53,091 nucleotides of DNA from Candidatus Bathyarchaeia archaeon (GTDB taxonomy: Archaea; Thermoproteota; Bathyarchaeia; Bathyarchaeales; DTEX01). The DNA lies in NCBI GenBank assembly GCA_038820405.1, contig JAWAXL010000003.1, positions 1-53,091 of the forward strand, written 5' to 3'. Within the stretch, counting starts at the first letter, position 1. The number at the start of each line of letters is the position of its first letter. A program made the position numbers and the translations under genes. Below are positions 31,062 through 41,877 of the stretch, piece by piece. Under the pieces are notes generated by a model. The model had not been told where the DNA came from. It ran no database searches and was given only the letters and a program-made list of their open reading frames with translations.

Positions 31062-31927
31062 TTAGAATAACTGGTGAAACGAAGGTCTGTGTTCTAATAG
31101 GTTATCCTGTTGAGCACTCGTTAAGTCCAACGATGCATAATGCGGCCTTTGAGTACCTCAGCCTAAACTATGTTTATGTTGCATTTAATGTTGCTCCAGA
31201 GAGACTTAAAGAGGCTATTTCGGGTATAAGAGGGCTCGGCATCCGCGGAGCAAATGTTACAATGCCACATAAGATAAGCGTGATAAAGTATCTCGATGAG
31301 CTCAATAAGAATGCTAGATTAGCTGGCTCAGTAAATACTATACTGAATAGGGATGGTAGGCTGATAGGATACACGACGGATGGCTTAGGTGCACTTAATG
31401 CCTTAAAGCAGGCCAGCTCAGACCCCTCCGATAAGAAAGTGGTTATTTTGGGGGCTGGTGGAGCTTCAAGATCAATATCCTTCGCACTTGCTAACTATGT
31501 TCAAGAGCTAGTGATATTGAATAGAACTTTTGAGAGAGCTAGGGAGCTGGCGAGTGATCTGAGGAGGGTCTTCAGCTCCGCTGGTATCAGGGCTGGTTCC
31601 CTCTCAGATAATGTCCTAGAGGAGGAGCTTAGAGATGCTGATATAGTAATAAATGCGACTTCAATTGGCATGAAACCGAATGTAAATGAAACCCCAATTA
31701 AAAGGGAGCTACTTCACGGAAATTTAACTGTGTTTGACATAGTTTATGAGCCGCTTGAGACTAGACTTCTCAGGGAGGCTAAGTCTGTTGGCGCGAAGAC
31801 CATTGATGGACTCTCACTGCTCGTCCACCAAGGAGCATTATCCTTCGAGATATGGACTGGTGTTAAGGCTCCAATAGAGGTTATGAGGGAGGCTGCATTA
31901 AGGAAGATAAAGGAGAAAGAATATTAG
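31058..31927 (+). CDS. aroE: Shikimate dehydrogenase
   Basis: HSLSPTMHN, NVTMPHK, SVNT, GAGGAS, NATSIGM. Confidence 0.95.
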   Translation: MIRITGETKVCVLIGYPVEHSLSPTMHNAAFEYLSLNYVYVAFNVAPERLKEAISGIRGLGIRGANVTMPHKISVIKYLDELNKNARLAGSVNTILNRDGRLIGYTTDGLGALNALKQASSDPSDKKVVILGAGGASRSISFALANYVQELVILNRTFERARELASDLRRVFSSAGIRAGSLSDNVLEEELRDADIVINATSIGMKPNVNETPIKRELLHGNLTVFDIVYEPLETRLLREAKSVGAKTIDGLSLLVHQGALSFEIWTGVKAPIEVMREAALRKIKEKEY

Positions 31928-31936
31928 GGTGGTTTC

Positions 31937-32806
31937 TTGGCTCTGATTGGATGCGCGGTCGCTTATGGCGCCGTAACCATTATTAATGCTATATCATGTG
32001 GTCTAGGGGCAGCCCTAGGAATAAACCTCAGAACTGAGGCTAGGGTTAGGCTGACAAATGAGCCTGGTAGGATTAAGGGTAGAATCCTATCAGATCCCTC
32101 AGAGAGCACAATTCTAATTGAGAAGGTTGTTAGCCGCGTTCTAAAGTATTTTGGCGTTGATGATCAATATGGGGCTCATGTTGAAACCGAGTCAAATATC
32201 CCGATTGCACGTGGATTGAAAAGCAGCAGTGTTGCCGCTAATGCTATAACCCTTGCTACAATATCGGCGCTAGGTGAGGAAGTAGACGATTTAACCGCAA
32301 TTAATATTGGCGTTAACGCGTCGATTGAGGCGGGTGTAACGGTGACGGGTGCATTTGATGATGCATGCGCTTCCTACTTTGGAAACATCGTTATAACAGA
32401 TAACCTTGAGAGGAGAATACTTCGGATCTTTCAGCCAGAGGAGGACCACACGATCCTAATTTATGTTCCTCATAGAAGGGCTTATACGGCTAAGTCGGAT
32501 GTCAAGAGAATGAGAATTATAGCAGAGGAGATAAAAGCCCTCCATAGAATGGCTCTCTCAGGGGACTACTGGCGTGCAATGACCCTGAACGGTTTAGCAT
32601 ACACAGTCATTTTAGGATACAACCCAAATATAGCCATAGATGCGTTAGCCAATGGGGCTATAGCTGCAGGTCTCTCCGGTAAAGGTCCAGCGGTAGCCGC
32701 AGTTGTCCCAAGAGATAGGATTAAGGATATCCGTAGCGCCTGGAGTAAATACGATGGTGAGATTATAGAGGCCTCAATCAATCGCGAGAAGGCCCATCCA
32801 TTTTGA
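31937..32806 (+). CDS. aroK: Archaeal GHMP-family shikimate kinase
   Basis: IPIARGLKSSS, TGAFDDA, GLSGKGP. Confidence 0.93.
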   Translation: MALIGCAVAYGAVTIINAISCGLGAALGINLRTEARVRLTNEPGRIKGRILSDPSESTILIEKVVSRVLKYFGVDDQYGAHVETESNIPIARGLKSSSVAANAITLATISALGEEVDDLTAINIGVNASIEAGVTVTGAFDDACASYFGNIVITDNLERRILRIFQPEEDHTILIYVPHRRAYTAKSDVKRMRIIAEEIKALHRMALSGDYWRAMTLNGLAYTVILGYNPNIAIDALANGAIAAGLSGKGPAVAAVVPRDRIKDIRSAWSKYDGEIIEASINREKAHPF

Positions 32807-32824
32807 TGTTACGGTTGGGTTAGC

Positions 32825-34111
32825 ATGGTCAGTTTAGTTATTAGGGGCGGAGCAGCACTAAGTGGCTCGGTGAGTGCACCACCATCGAAGGCACATACAC
32901 ACCGAGCATTGATAGCCTCATCCCTCTCCAATGGGGAATCAAGAACATATAATGCTCTATTCTGCGATGACACGGTAGCAACCATCAACGCGTGTCGTCT
33001 GCTTGGGGCTAAGATAACTATCTCAGATAATGAAGTAAGAGTTTGTGGCATACCAAAGCCCAAGACCCCTGAAGATGTAATAGATTGCAGTGAGTCCGGC
33101 TCCACTATGCGGTTCATTACGCCAGTATGTGCCTTGGCTGATGGCATCTCAGTTCTCACTGGCGGCGAAAGCCTGAGGAGGAGACCAATGGGCCCGCTAC
33201 TTGACGCTTTAGGTCAGCTTGGCGTTAAATGTTATTCGAGTAGGAGTGATGGTCGGCCGCCAATAATAGTGTTTGGTGGCGGGATCAGGGGTGGTAGAGC
33301 TGGGATCAGAGGGGATGTGAGCTCACAGTTTATTTCGGGCCTGCTCTTCGCGGTTCCAATGGCTCAGAACGATACATATATTTATCTTTCAACGCCCCTC
33401 GAATCTAAGCCGTACGTGGATATAACCATGGATATACTTTTGAAGCATGGTGTGAGAGTCTCTTTCTCCGGAGACATATTCTATGTACCACGTGGGCAGG
33501 AGTATAAGCCATATAATCATTTTATTGAGGGTGATTATTCATCAGCAGCCTTTCCGCTGGCAGCCGCAGCCATAACGAAATCCAATATTAGGGTCGAGAA
33601 TCTCTTAAAGGATAGCCTTCAGGGAGACAGAATAATAGTTGATATTCTTAGGAGCATGGGGGTTATAGTTAGCGTCGGCCCCGACTATGTTGAAGTTAAG
33701 GGCATTGATGGACACTTAAGGCCAATTAACGTTGACCTAAGAGATAGCCCAGACCTAGTCCCAGTCTGCGCCGCCCTAGCCTGCTTCGCTGAGGGAAAAT
33801 CTGTAATAAGTGGTGCTAGGAGACTTAGGTTTAAGGAGTCTGATAGAATTGAGACCTTACTAAGTGAGCTCACTAAGATGGGCGCCTCGATCAGAGTTCA
33901 AGAAGATTCACTAGCCATTTATGGGAGTGGGCGCCTACATAGTGCTGAGATAGACCCGCATATGGATCATAGGATAGCCATGGCCTGCACTGTCGCCGCG
34001 CTTGGGGCTGATGGCGAAACAATCATACGCGACATTGAATGTATAAATAAGTCTTATCCAGGATTTATCATGGATATGCGCCTGCTTGGAGCTGATATGA
34101 TTGAATGGTAA
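32825..34111 (+). CDS. aroA: EPSP synthase
   Basis: PPSKAHTHR, ESGSTMRF, SSQFISG, KESDR, DHRIAM, KSYP. Confidence 0.96.
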   Translation: MVSLVIRGGAALSGSVSAPPSKAHTHRALIASSLSNGESRTYNALFCDDTVATINACRLLGAKITISDNEVRVCGIPKPKTPEDVIDCSESGSTMRFITPVCALADGISVLTGGESLRRRPMGPLLDALGQLGVKCYSSRSDGRPPIIVFGGGIRGGRAGIRGDVSSQFISGLLFAVPMAQNDTYIYLSTPLESKPYVDITMDILLKHGVRVSFSGDIFYVPRGQEYKPYNHFIEGDYSSAAFPLAAAAITKSNIRVENLLKDSLQGDRIIVDILRSMGVIVSVGPDYVEVKGIDGHLRPINVDLRDSPDLVPVCAALACFAEGKSVISGARRLRFKESDRIETLLSELTKMGASIRVQEDSLAIYGSGRLHSAEIDPHMDHRIAMACTVAALGADGETIIRDIECINKSYPGFIMDMRLLGADMIEW

Positions 34112-35201
34112 CTCGATAGGTAAGGCTCTCGTCCTCACATGTTTCGGTGAAAGCCACGGAGCACTCATAGGCGCGGTGCTGGATGGGTGCCCAGCTGGAT
34201 TACCGCTGAATGAATCGGACATTCAGGCTGAGTTGGATAAGAGACGCCCAGGCCTTAGCGAGATAAGCACCTCTAGGAGAGAAGAGGATAGAGTTGAGAT
34301 AGTTTCCGGCGTCTATGGGGGATTCACGACCGGTGCACCGATATGTATGATTGTGAGAAATAGGGATATTGACTCAAAACCCTATGAGACCATCATGTTT
34401 AAGCCTAGGCCCGGTCATGCCGATTATACTGCTAGAATTAAGTATGGTGGATACAGTGATCCGCGTGGTGGAGGAAGATTCTCTGGGCGGATAACCGTAG
34501 CTTACGTTATGGCTGGAGCTATCGCAAAGAAGCTCCTAAGCCTAATTGGCGTTGAGGTATTGGCTCATACGGTACAGATTGGCTCTATAATGGTTAAGGA
34601 TGAAGTCTCCTATGATGATATAAGAAGGAATGTTTATGCTAACCCGGCTAGATGCGCAATCCCGGAATTAGCCAATAGAATGGTTGAGGAGATTTTAAGC
34701 GCTGCTAGGGATGGTGATAGCGTGGGTGGCGTTATTGAGGGTATTGTGCTTAACGTTCCAGCGGGACTTGGTGAGCCAATATTTGATTCGCTTGATGCAG
34801 ATATAGCGAAGATGCTATTCAATATACCAGCCGTTAAGGGTGTTGAGTTTGGGGCTGGCTTTAGAGTGGCATCCATGAGAGGTTCTGAGGCGAATGACCA
34901 ATACACCATCAAGAATGGGAAGGTTATTACGTTAACGAATAATGCTGGTGGAATAATAGGCGGAATATCGAATGGAATGCCAATAAAGGTTAGGGTCGCC
35001 TTTAAGCCGACACCATCCATATCAAAAAGGCAGAGAACCATTAACCTAGAAACAATGAGCGAGGAAGAAATCCAGATAGCTGGAAGACATGATCCATGTA
35101 TAGTTCCAAGAGCAGTTCCAGTGGTTGAGGCATGTCTAACATTTGTGATAGCAGACCACGCACTAAGAGCTGGGAAAATACCAAGGGTAATTATAACCTA
35201 A
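34101..35201 (+). CDS. aroC: Chorismate synthase
   Basis: GESHG, RPGHAD, GGGRFSGR, FKPTPSI, GRHDPC. Confidence 0.97.
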   Translation: MNGNSIGKALVLTCFGESHGALIGAVLDGCPAGLPLNESDIQAELDKRRPGLSEISTSRREEDRVEIVSGVYGGFTTGAPICMIVRNRDIDSKPYETIMFKPRPGHADYTARIKYGGYSDPRGGGRFSGRITVAYVMAGAIAKKLLSLIGVEVLAHTVQIGSIMVKDEVSYDDIRRNVYANPARCAIPELANRMVEEILSAARDGDSVGGVIEGIVLNVPAGLGEPIFDSLDADIAKMLFNIPAVKGVEFGAGFRVASMRGSEANDQYTIKNGKVITLTNNAGGIIGGISNGMPIKVRVAFKPTPSISKRQRTINLETMSEEEIQIAGRHDPCIVPRAVPVVEACLTFVIADHALRAGKIPRVIIT

Positions 35202-35246
35202 GAGGAAAAATAACCAAGCTAACTTTGAGATTTAGAAGAACCCTAT

Positions 35247-35470
35247 TAACATCTCCCCATCTTACAAAAAGTCTCTCCATTTTTACCTACTTCCATGCTG
35301 ACATCTAGCTGCTTATCAATTCCTTTTTTCTTCAACGTATTTATCCCTAGTTGCGTTAGTTTAATTTTTCTTTTCTGTTATATGAATTAATCTTTTTCTT
35401 CGAGATGTCGAAGGTAGAAATATATGTTCGTGAAGAAGGCATTTTTAGAATTTTTGCTAATTCTGAGCCT
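35247..35470 (-). pseudogene. Heavily frameshifted winged-HTH regulator remnant
   Basis: Successive frames give SELAKILKMPSS / TNIYFYLRHLEEK / LIHITEK / KIKLTQLGINTL. Confidence 0.5.
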
Positions 35471-35637
35471 AGGTGCCTTTCTCAACCAGAACAGCAATTC
35501 TCTCTTTTATTAATCTACTAGTCTCACATTCGTCACCTTTTCCCTAACTAATTAGGAAGCCAGATCATCAAAAGGTTAAATATTCTTTGCTAATACCCAG
35601 CCTTATTTCTTTTAATTAGCTCCCTCTTCACTGCCTA

Positions 35638-36996
35638 TTATATTCCTTTTAGGCTCTTTTGCAAATATTCTATGGCTTCTTTTACGCTTTGGAATCCGTA
35701 TTTGATTTCATTATGTTCTCTTCTCAGAGCTATAACGTCCTTCCTCACTTCTTCTGACCTGCGCCTGCCTTTTATCACATCCAGCATTAGATCGCATAAA
35801 TATTTGATATCACTCTCAGTGAATCCCCTACGCGTGACCTCCTGGAACCCTATTCTTATTCCTGAAGGGTTCTCTCGATTATTCTGGTCGTCATATGGTA
35901 GTATATTCCTATTCAAGATTATGTTGGCTCTCTCAAGATTCTCTGCAACCTTTCCTCCGCCGCCGTAACCTTTTACATCAACTGCTAGCTGATGGGATTT
36001 TGTGAAGCCATAGGGCTCACCTAGAACCCTTAAGCCATTCTCATATAAGTATTGCCCAGCCACCTGAGCATTTCTTATAGTTTGTTTTGCTAATTCTTCT
36101 CCAAAAAGCTTTAGCTCTAATGCGGCTATACCAGTTGCCGGAAGTCTTCCTAAATGCGTATTTGATGTACTAAGTGGAAAGATCGCATATTGAACGTTCT
36201 TTATAGCCTTTTCCATACGTTCATCCCTGTTCTCCGCCAAGATTACGCCTCCCTGAGGACCTGGGAAGGTTTTGTGCGTTGAGGCGGTTATGAAGTCTGC
36301 GCCCTCCCTTAGGGGATCCTGAAATTCTCCTCCAGCTATTAATCCGAGAACGTGCGCCCCATCATAGACTAAATATGCTCCAACCTCATGTGCAGTCTCG
36401 CTCAGCTCATCGACTGGGTGTGGGAATAGAAATAGGCTCCCACCTAGAGTCACTATTCCAGGCTTAGCAGCCTTAATTATATCGACAGACTTATGCGGAT
36501 CTATGTTCATCTTATTAATATCATATGCCAATTCTATATTCTCTAGACCTAGAACCATTCCGGCCAGACCAGTATAGTCATGTGATATGTGCGCTCCAGC
36601 ACTTAATGGTGCCACGACCATCTTTTTGTTTTTTGTTACTAGAGATATGCCTTTAAAGGCGGCCAGGTTCGCATGAGTTCCAGAAACTAAACGTACATCA
36701 GCCCAATTACATTTAAAGAGCATCTTTATTATATCCGTTACGCAATTTTCTATGATGGTGATATATTTTTGTCCCTGATAATATCTCTTCTTAACGTGTC
36801 CGTTAAGGTCATTTTCACCTTCTGCATATCTGCATTCAAGATCCATTGCGAGACGCAGCATCTCCCTAACAGCTGGCGACTTTAAGCCCTCACTGGCTAT
36901 GAGGTTTATACACTCCTCACCACGATATCTTTCATGCTCTTCGGTTGCCTCAATAAGCTCAAGGACTACTTTAAAGAGCTCTTCCATGAGCTTCAC
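35638..36996 (-). CDS. glyA: Serine hydroxymethyltransferase
   Basis: NLIASE, YAEG, SGTHAN, STHKTFPGPQGG, SGIRIG. Confidence 0.95.
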   Translation of the reverse strand: MKLMEELFKVVLELIEATEEHERYRGEECINLIASEGLKSPAVREMLRLAMDLECRYAEGENDLNGHVKKRYYQGQKYITIIENCVTDIIKMLFKCNWADVRLVSGTHANLAAFKGISLVTKNKKMVVAPLSAGAHISHDYTGLAGMVLGLENIELAYDINKMNIDPHKSVDIIKAAKPGIVTLGGSLFLFPHPVDELSETAHEVGAYLVYDGAHVLGLIAGGEFQDPLREGADFITASTHKTFPGPQGGVILAENRDERMEKAIKNVQYAIFPLSTSNTHLGRLPATGIAALELKLFGEELAKQTIRNAQVAGQYLYENGLRVLGEPYGFTKSHQLAVDVKGYGGGGKVAENLERANIILNRNILPYDDQNNRENPSGIRIGFQEVTRRGFTESDIKYLCDLMLDVIKGRRRSEEVRKDVIALRREHNEIKYGFQSVKEAIEYLQKSLKGI

Positions 36997-37063
36997 CTTT
37001 CAACGAATACAATTCTAAAGAAAATTCTTCTCAAGTACTTATGCTTAACCTTTTGTAGTCATA

Positions 37064-38617
37064 TTAGCGCTCTAGAATGAAAGTCTTTTTTACCACTAGT
37101 CTTTCCTTAATCTCTCGGATCAGCATCTCCACCCTATCCCCAACACCTATGACTAGGTTTTCCTCAAAGATCTTTATTGGCCTCTCAAGCTTACTAGACC
37201 TCTCAGCAAATATTGTTGCCAGAGGCTCACCAGCTGAAACCTTATCTCCTATCTTTTTATGCAGAAGCACACCGGCACCCTTATTTCTAGGAGCCCCGGC
37301 TAGCCTAGCAGCCTCAACTATCAGAGAATTATCTATCCATAGGACCATGCCATTCTTCTTTGAATAAATAGTGTATCTTTCAGAGCCTAAAGGTAAATCG
37401 TCTGGAGTTATCTTTGGGTTTCCACCCTGAGTCTCTATGATTTCTCTTAGCTTCTTCTCAGCCTTTCCACTCTCGATCATCTTTATAGCTAACTCTTTAC
37501 CATAACCGCTCTTTACTTTCCCGCTCATCTCTAGTAGCATGCCAGCTATATGAGCTGCCTTATCAATCAGATCAGATGGTCTACTTTTACCCATCAGAGT
37601 GTTAAGGGCCTCCCAAGCCTCAAGGGCTGGCCCAATAGCATAGCCAACCGGCTGTTCCCCATAAGTCACAGCGCATCTAACCCTAATCCCAAGCCTTTTA
37701 CCTAGCTCAAGGAAGTCCTTAGCTAATAGATCTGCCTCACCAATAGTCTTCACCTTTGCTCCTCTACCAGTCGGTATATCCACCACTAGAAGGTTTACTC
37801 CAACAGCCTTCTTTTTACTCATTATTGAGGGGAGTAGGAGGGGGTCTATTGAGAGAGGGTGCTCAATACTGATGAAGATGTCATCTGCAGGGGCCAAATC
37901 AAGTGCTCCGCCCCAAACAATGCATCCATTAGTCTTTTCAACAACCTCCCGTACCTCATCTAATCGAAGGTCGACTGGCATTAGGACCCCGGCCCTATCT
38001 GCTGTGCCAGCCGCTGATGTTATTGCCCTTGATGAGGATTTAGGTATTATTAAACCCGAGGCTGCAGCGATAGGAACTGTTAGGAGAGTTGTCTTATCCC
38101 CTGGAACACCACCTATGGAGTGCTTGTCTACTATAAGCGGTTTCTTTAGGTCGAGCTTACTTCCAGTCTCAACCATAGCGATGGATAGACTTACAGCTTC
38201 ATCTAAGTCTAGTCCAAACGTGTAAAGGGCTACTATAAAGGCCGTTATCTCCACCTCACTAAGCCTTCCAGAGACAACGTCCCTGACTATCTCATATATC
38301 TCCTCATAAGTTAATCTTTTGCCAACAAGCTTACTCCTTATATAATAGACCGATGCTGGCACGTCCATTGCCTCAACATGGACTTCCTCCTCATCCTCTA
38401 TACCAAGATAGCTCTTAACCTCATTAAATACACCAATCCAACCTCTTGGGATGCTTTCAACAGCCAAATTAGCTATCGCCGTGACATCTTTAGACCCCTT
38501 TAATATCCTAACCCTACCAAGACCGGAGACACCAATATCCTCAGCATCATCACGGTTTAAAACGACAATAAATTTTCCACCAGACTCTAAATCCAATAAT
38601 TTAACCTTTAATTTCAT
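37064..38617 (-). CDS. AMP phosphorylase
   Basis: N-terminal extension, DKHSIGGVPGDKT, SSRAITSAAGTAD, IMSKK, GPALEA. Confidence 0.93.
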   Translation of the reverse strand: MKLKVKLLDLESGGKFIVVLNRDDAEDIGVSGLGRVRILKGSKDVTAIANLAVESIPRGWIGVFNEVKSYLGIEDEEEVHVEAMDVPASVYYIRSKLVGKRLTYEEIYEIVRDVVSGRLSEVEITAFIVALYTFGLDLDEAVSLSIAMVETGSKLDLKKPLIVDKHSIGGVPGDKTTLLTVPIAAASGLIIPKSSSRAITSAAGTADRAGVLMPVDLRLDEVREVVEKTNGCIVWGGALDLAPADDIFISIEHPLSIDPLLLPSIMSKKKAVGVNLLVVDIPTGRGAKVKTIGEADLLAKDFLELGKRLGIRVRCAVTYGEQPVGYAIGPALEAWEALNTLMGKSRPSDLIDKAAHIAGMLLEMSGKVKSGYGKELAIKMIESGKAEKKLREIIETQGGNPKITPDDLPLGSERYTIYSKKNGMVLWIDNSLIVEAARLAGAPRNKGAGVLLHKKIGDKVSAGEPLATIFAERSSKLERPIKIFEENLVIGVGDRVEMLIREIKERLVVKKTFILER

Positions 38618-38736
38618 TGTAGATAACTCCAGTACTCAGGCATTCAGATAAAAAACTTTCTTCATGAAAAAATAAAAGACTTTAGTGTGGTTGGACTATA
38701 GGTAAATTTTATGTTCAACTAAATCCTTGATTTCTA

Positions 38737-40050
38737 ATGAGCGTGCGTTTCCTATTGTCCAGTCTAAAACTCATATATATTGTTATTGATGGGATGGGAG
38801 ACCGACCTATAGGGGAGCTTAGGGATAGAACGCCGCTCGAAGTTGCTGAGACTCCGAACATGGACTTCTTAGCCAGCAAGGGTAAGCTCGGCTTAATGTA
38901 CACCGTTGAGCCAGGCATCGCGCCGGAAAGTCATATAGCCGCAATATCAATTTTAGGGTACAACCCCTATACACATTATATTAGAAGGGGGCCTATAGAG
39001 GCTTATGGAGCTAGTTTAAAGGTGATGGATGGTGACTTAGCCCTAAGATGCAACTTTGCAACTCTGGCACCGAATGGCGTTATAATTGATAGGAGAGCTG
39101 GAAGAAACCTAACAACCGAAGAAGCCTCCAATCTTGCCCAGGCAATTAATGAGAATGTTAAATTGGAGTCGCATCCAGCAGAATTTATATTTAAAAATAC
39201 CATTGGTTATAGGGGCGTTTTAGTAATAAGGAGCAAGAATATCCCACTCTCAGATAAAATCTCAGTTATGGATCCAGTATATGGAGGGGTTGCTGGGCTA
39301 GAAGTTGCGAAAACTGACGCTAACTTGATTCTTAGGGAGTGCGTTCCACTTGAAGATAACGAGTCTGCCAAGGTTTCAGCAGACCTATTAAACGAGTTTA
39401 TTTCCAAAAGTCATAGAATTCTGGAGGAGCATGAAGTTAACAGGAGGCGTGAAATTGAGGGAAAACTTAAAGCCAATGCGATAATCGCCCGCGGTGCTGG
39501 CAACGCCTTACCAAAGTTCCATAATATATCTGAGAAATATGGCACTAGATTTGCCTGTCTAGTCGATATGCCAGTCGAGAAGGGAGTTGCCAATCTTGTT
39601 GGCATGCACTTAATTGAAATTCCTCCCCCATCCGGAGATCTTAAAGCCGATTGCCTATTGAGGGCTGATAAGCTACTAAGTATTTTAGGAAAATTCGACT
39701 GTTTTTACATACACATTAAGGGGCCGGATGAATCCGGGCATGATGGGGACTACTCCCTTAAGGTTAAAATGATAGAGACTATAGATAAATACTTCCTTGG
39801 AAGCATTTTACCTAAAATAGAATTAAGGGACACGATAATATGCGTGACGGCCGATCACTCAACACCCTGCAAATTAAGGATACATACAGATGATCCAGTC
39901 CCGGTGTTAATATCTGGAGGAAACATCAAGAGTGATGGAATAGAGGAATTCTCGGAAAGGGAATGTAGGCGTGGAAGTCTAGGAATTTTAGAAAAGGGAA
40001 CAATGTTAATGCCATTATTAATAGAGGCGTTTAGGGGGAAGAGCATATAA
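38737..40050 (+). CDS. apgM: BPG-independent phosphoglycerate mutase, archaeal type
   Basis: IDGMGD, TPLEVAETPNMD, RCNFAT, HIKGPDESGHDG, TADHSTP. Confidence 0.92.
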   Translation: MSVRFLLSSLKLIYIVIDGMGDRPIGELRDRTPLEVAETPNMDFLASKGKLGLMYTVEPGIAPESHIAAISILGYNPYTHYIRRGPIEAYGASLKVMDGDLALRCNFATLAPNGVIIDRRAGRNLTTEEASNLAQAINENVKLESHPAEFIFKNTIGYRGVLVIRSKNIPLSDKISVMDPVYGGVAGLEVAKTDANLILRECVPLEDNESAKVSADLLNEFISKSHRILEEHEVNRRREIEGKLKANAIIARGAGNALPKFHNISEKYGTRFACLVDMPVEKGVANLVGMHLIEIPPPSGDLKADCLLRADKLLSILGKFDCFYIHIKGPDESGHDGDYSLKVKMIETIDKYFLGSILPKIELRDTIICVTADHSTPCKLRIHTDDPVPVLISGGNIKSDGIEEFSERECRRGSLGILEKGTMLMPLLIEAFRGKSI

Positions 40051-40081
40051 TTTATTAGAAACTAACAACAAAATTAATTTT

Positions 40082-40414
40082 GGACGGTGGGTCTCAGGCG
40101 GGGGGCTAGGGGTCCCCTGAGAGGCCACAAGCCTTGACCGCAAACCCCCTATATGGCGGGCCGAAAGCTGGGGTAAGGCGTGTAAGGCCACAGACTCGGC
40201 CATCCCAAAACGATGAATATCTGTCCTCTGGGGCTAGCGGTCGCGGAGCATCCCTTGTAGGAGGGGTGTAACCGCGTTTGCCGGGCGAACCTGGCCAGGC
40301 CCGGGAGGGAGCAACCTAAGACCGGGCGCCTAGTGCTCAGGGGGTACGGATATGAGTGGAGGGCTGGTTTGGGTCTGTGGATTCTGCACGTCGAGCCCCG
40401 GTGACCCACTGTCC
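40082..40414 (+). ncRNA. ffs: Archaeal SRP (7S) RNA
   Basis: Ends GGACGGTGGGTC/GACCCACTGTCC pair; helix 6 CATCCCTT-GTAG-GAGGGGTG; helix 8 GCCAGGCCC-GGGA-GGGAGCAACC. Confidence 0.95.
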
Positions 40415-40921
40415 AAAAATGGTTTGTCGATTTCGACCCTAAAAATTGAATTTATGAATTGATTTTCCACAGTTCCTTTTTCGTAAAATTTCATAAAAAT
40501 CTTAAGAATTCTAAGGGGAAGTGAAATAATTAGTGGAGATAGAACACCACCTTGCCACGTAAAGTTGTGCCAATTATCACTTCTCTCCTGCAATTTTTGA
40601 GATATTGCTAGTATTATATTTATCCCACTCATCCTCTACATGATAGTATATGTTGTTATGCGAAGTACTTTATCCCCAGTTAATGGATTGCTAAAATTGT
40701 TACCTACTCAAGTATATTTAAATATAATTTCTCCAATGATTCTTAATCTCTTTAAGGCACTGCTTACTTAATCATGGACAACTTCAATTGCAAGTATAGG
40801 CTTAGTCTAGTTTCAGGAATAGTTCCTGAAATAATATATTGGGCTTTCAGATATGGCGCATATAAATGCTCAGTATGCGGAATGGGTATCTAAAGATATC
40901 TTCCCCAATAATTTTTAAAAT

Positions 40922-41848
40922 TTAGAGATCTTGGAGGAGCTTACATGCTCGGCATATTTCATTCACGGTTACTTCTCCACATATCTTGCATCGTCTCAAT
41001 TTTACCCCTAGTCCAGATTCTTTCATCTTCTCCCTTATCCTCTCTGCTGACCTGAAGATTGTATACTTTGTTCCTGGGTGTTTCTCTTCAAGCCTATTAA
41101 GCATATTTCTTATGTCGTTTCTTAAGGCTTCACCAGCGTATGGGCACGGGTTCTCCTGAAACTTTATCCCCTTCAGGTAGGCATAGAGGGCTACTTCTTT
41201 CTCTAAAACCTCGCATAAGGGCTTAACTCTCAGCACAAGACCCTCTATCTCTTCATCAAAGATTGGCTTGCTTCTAGATATTCTCCACGGGTCCCCATGC
41301 ATTATATTGAGCATGAATGTCTGTATCTCATCATCTAAGTTATTAGCCATTGCAATCTTTGTTGCATTAACTTTTCTGGCTAATATATTAAGCGCCTTCC
41401 TTCTTAAAACTCCACAATAGGAACATGGCGTTAATCTGCTCTCAGCAGCTCTGGCCCTCTTAACTATTTCATCCAATGTGTAACCATAAAGATCTTTAAA
41501 TGAGATCACATGATGTTCAACGCCTAGAATTTCACAGTTTTCTGAGGCTATTCTAACAGCCTCATCCCTATAGCCTTCTATCCCCTCATCCACAGTTATT
41601 GCGCATAGCGATGCCTTCGGGAAGTCCCTCTCGATCTTCACTAACATGTGTAACAGGCTTACGCTGTCCTTTCCACCTGATAATGCAACGGCTATCCTAT
41701 CATCAAATCTCAGCATCTTATATTTAGTAATAGTCGCCCTAACCTTATTTTCAATGGACTCAATGAAGCAAACCGTACATACCTTCTCTCCAGAATACGC
41801 TCTGAAATAAAATGCCTCTTTAGTACCGCAGGATGTGCACCTTACCAT
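40922..41848 (-). CDS. Ncs6/TtuA-family (TIGR00269-like) tRNA 2-thiolation protein
   Basis: CTSC...CTVC, SGGKDS, DEGIEGYR, CSYCGVLRR, NLDDE, CPY, CKIC...CRAC. Confidence 0.92.
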   Translation of the reverse strand: MVRCTSCGTKEAFYFRAYSGEKVCTVCFIESIENKVRATITKYKMLRFDDRIAVALSGGKDSVSLLHMLVKIERDFPKASLCAITVDEGIEGYRDEAVRIASENCEILGVEHHVISFKDLYGYTLDEIVKRARAAESRLTPCSYCGVLRRKALNILARKVNATKIAMANNLDDEIQTFMLNIMHGDPWRISRSKPIFDEEIEGLVLRVKPLCEVLEKEVALYAYLKGIKFQENPCPYAGEALRNDIRNMLNRLEEKHPGTKYTIFRSAERIREKMKESGLGVKLRRCKICGEVTVNEICRACKLLQDL

Positions 41849-41877
41849 TCCTTCTCCTTCCAGCCTAATATTATATT

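Noticed and set aside
40018-40632. Short minus-strand ORFs of 61-100 aa
   Set aside because: They overlap the GC-rich SRP RNA antisense and show no recognisable protein features.
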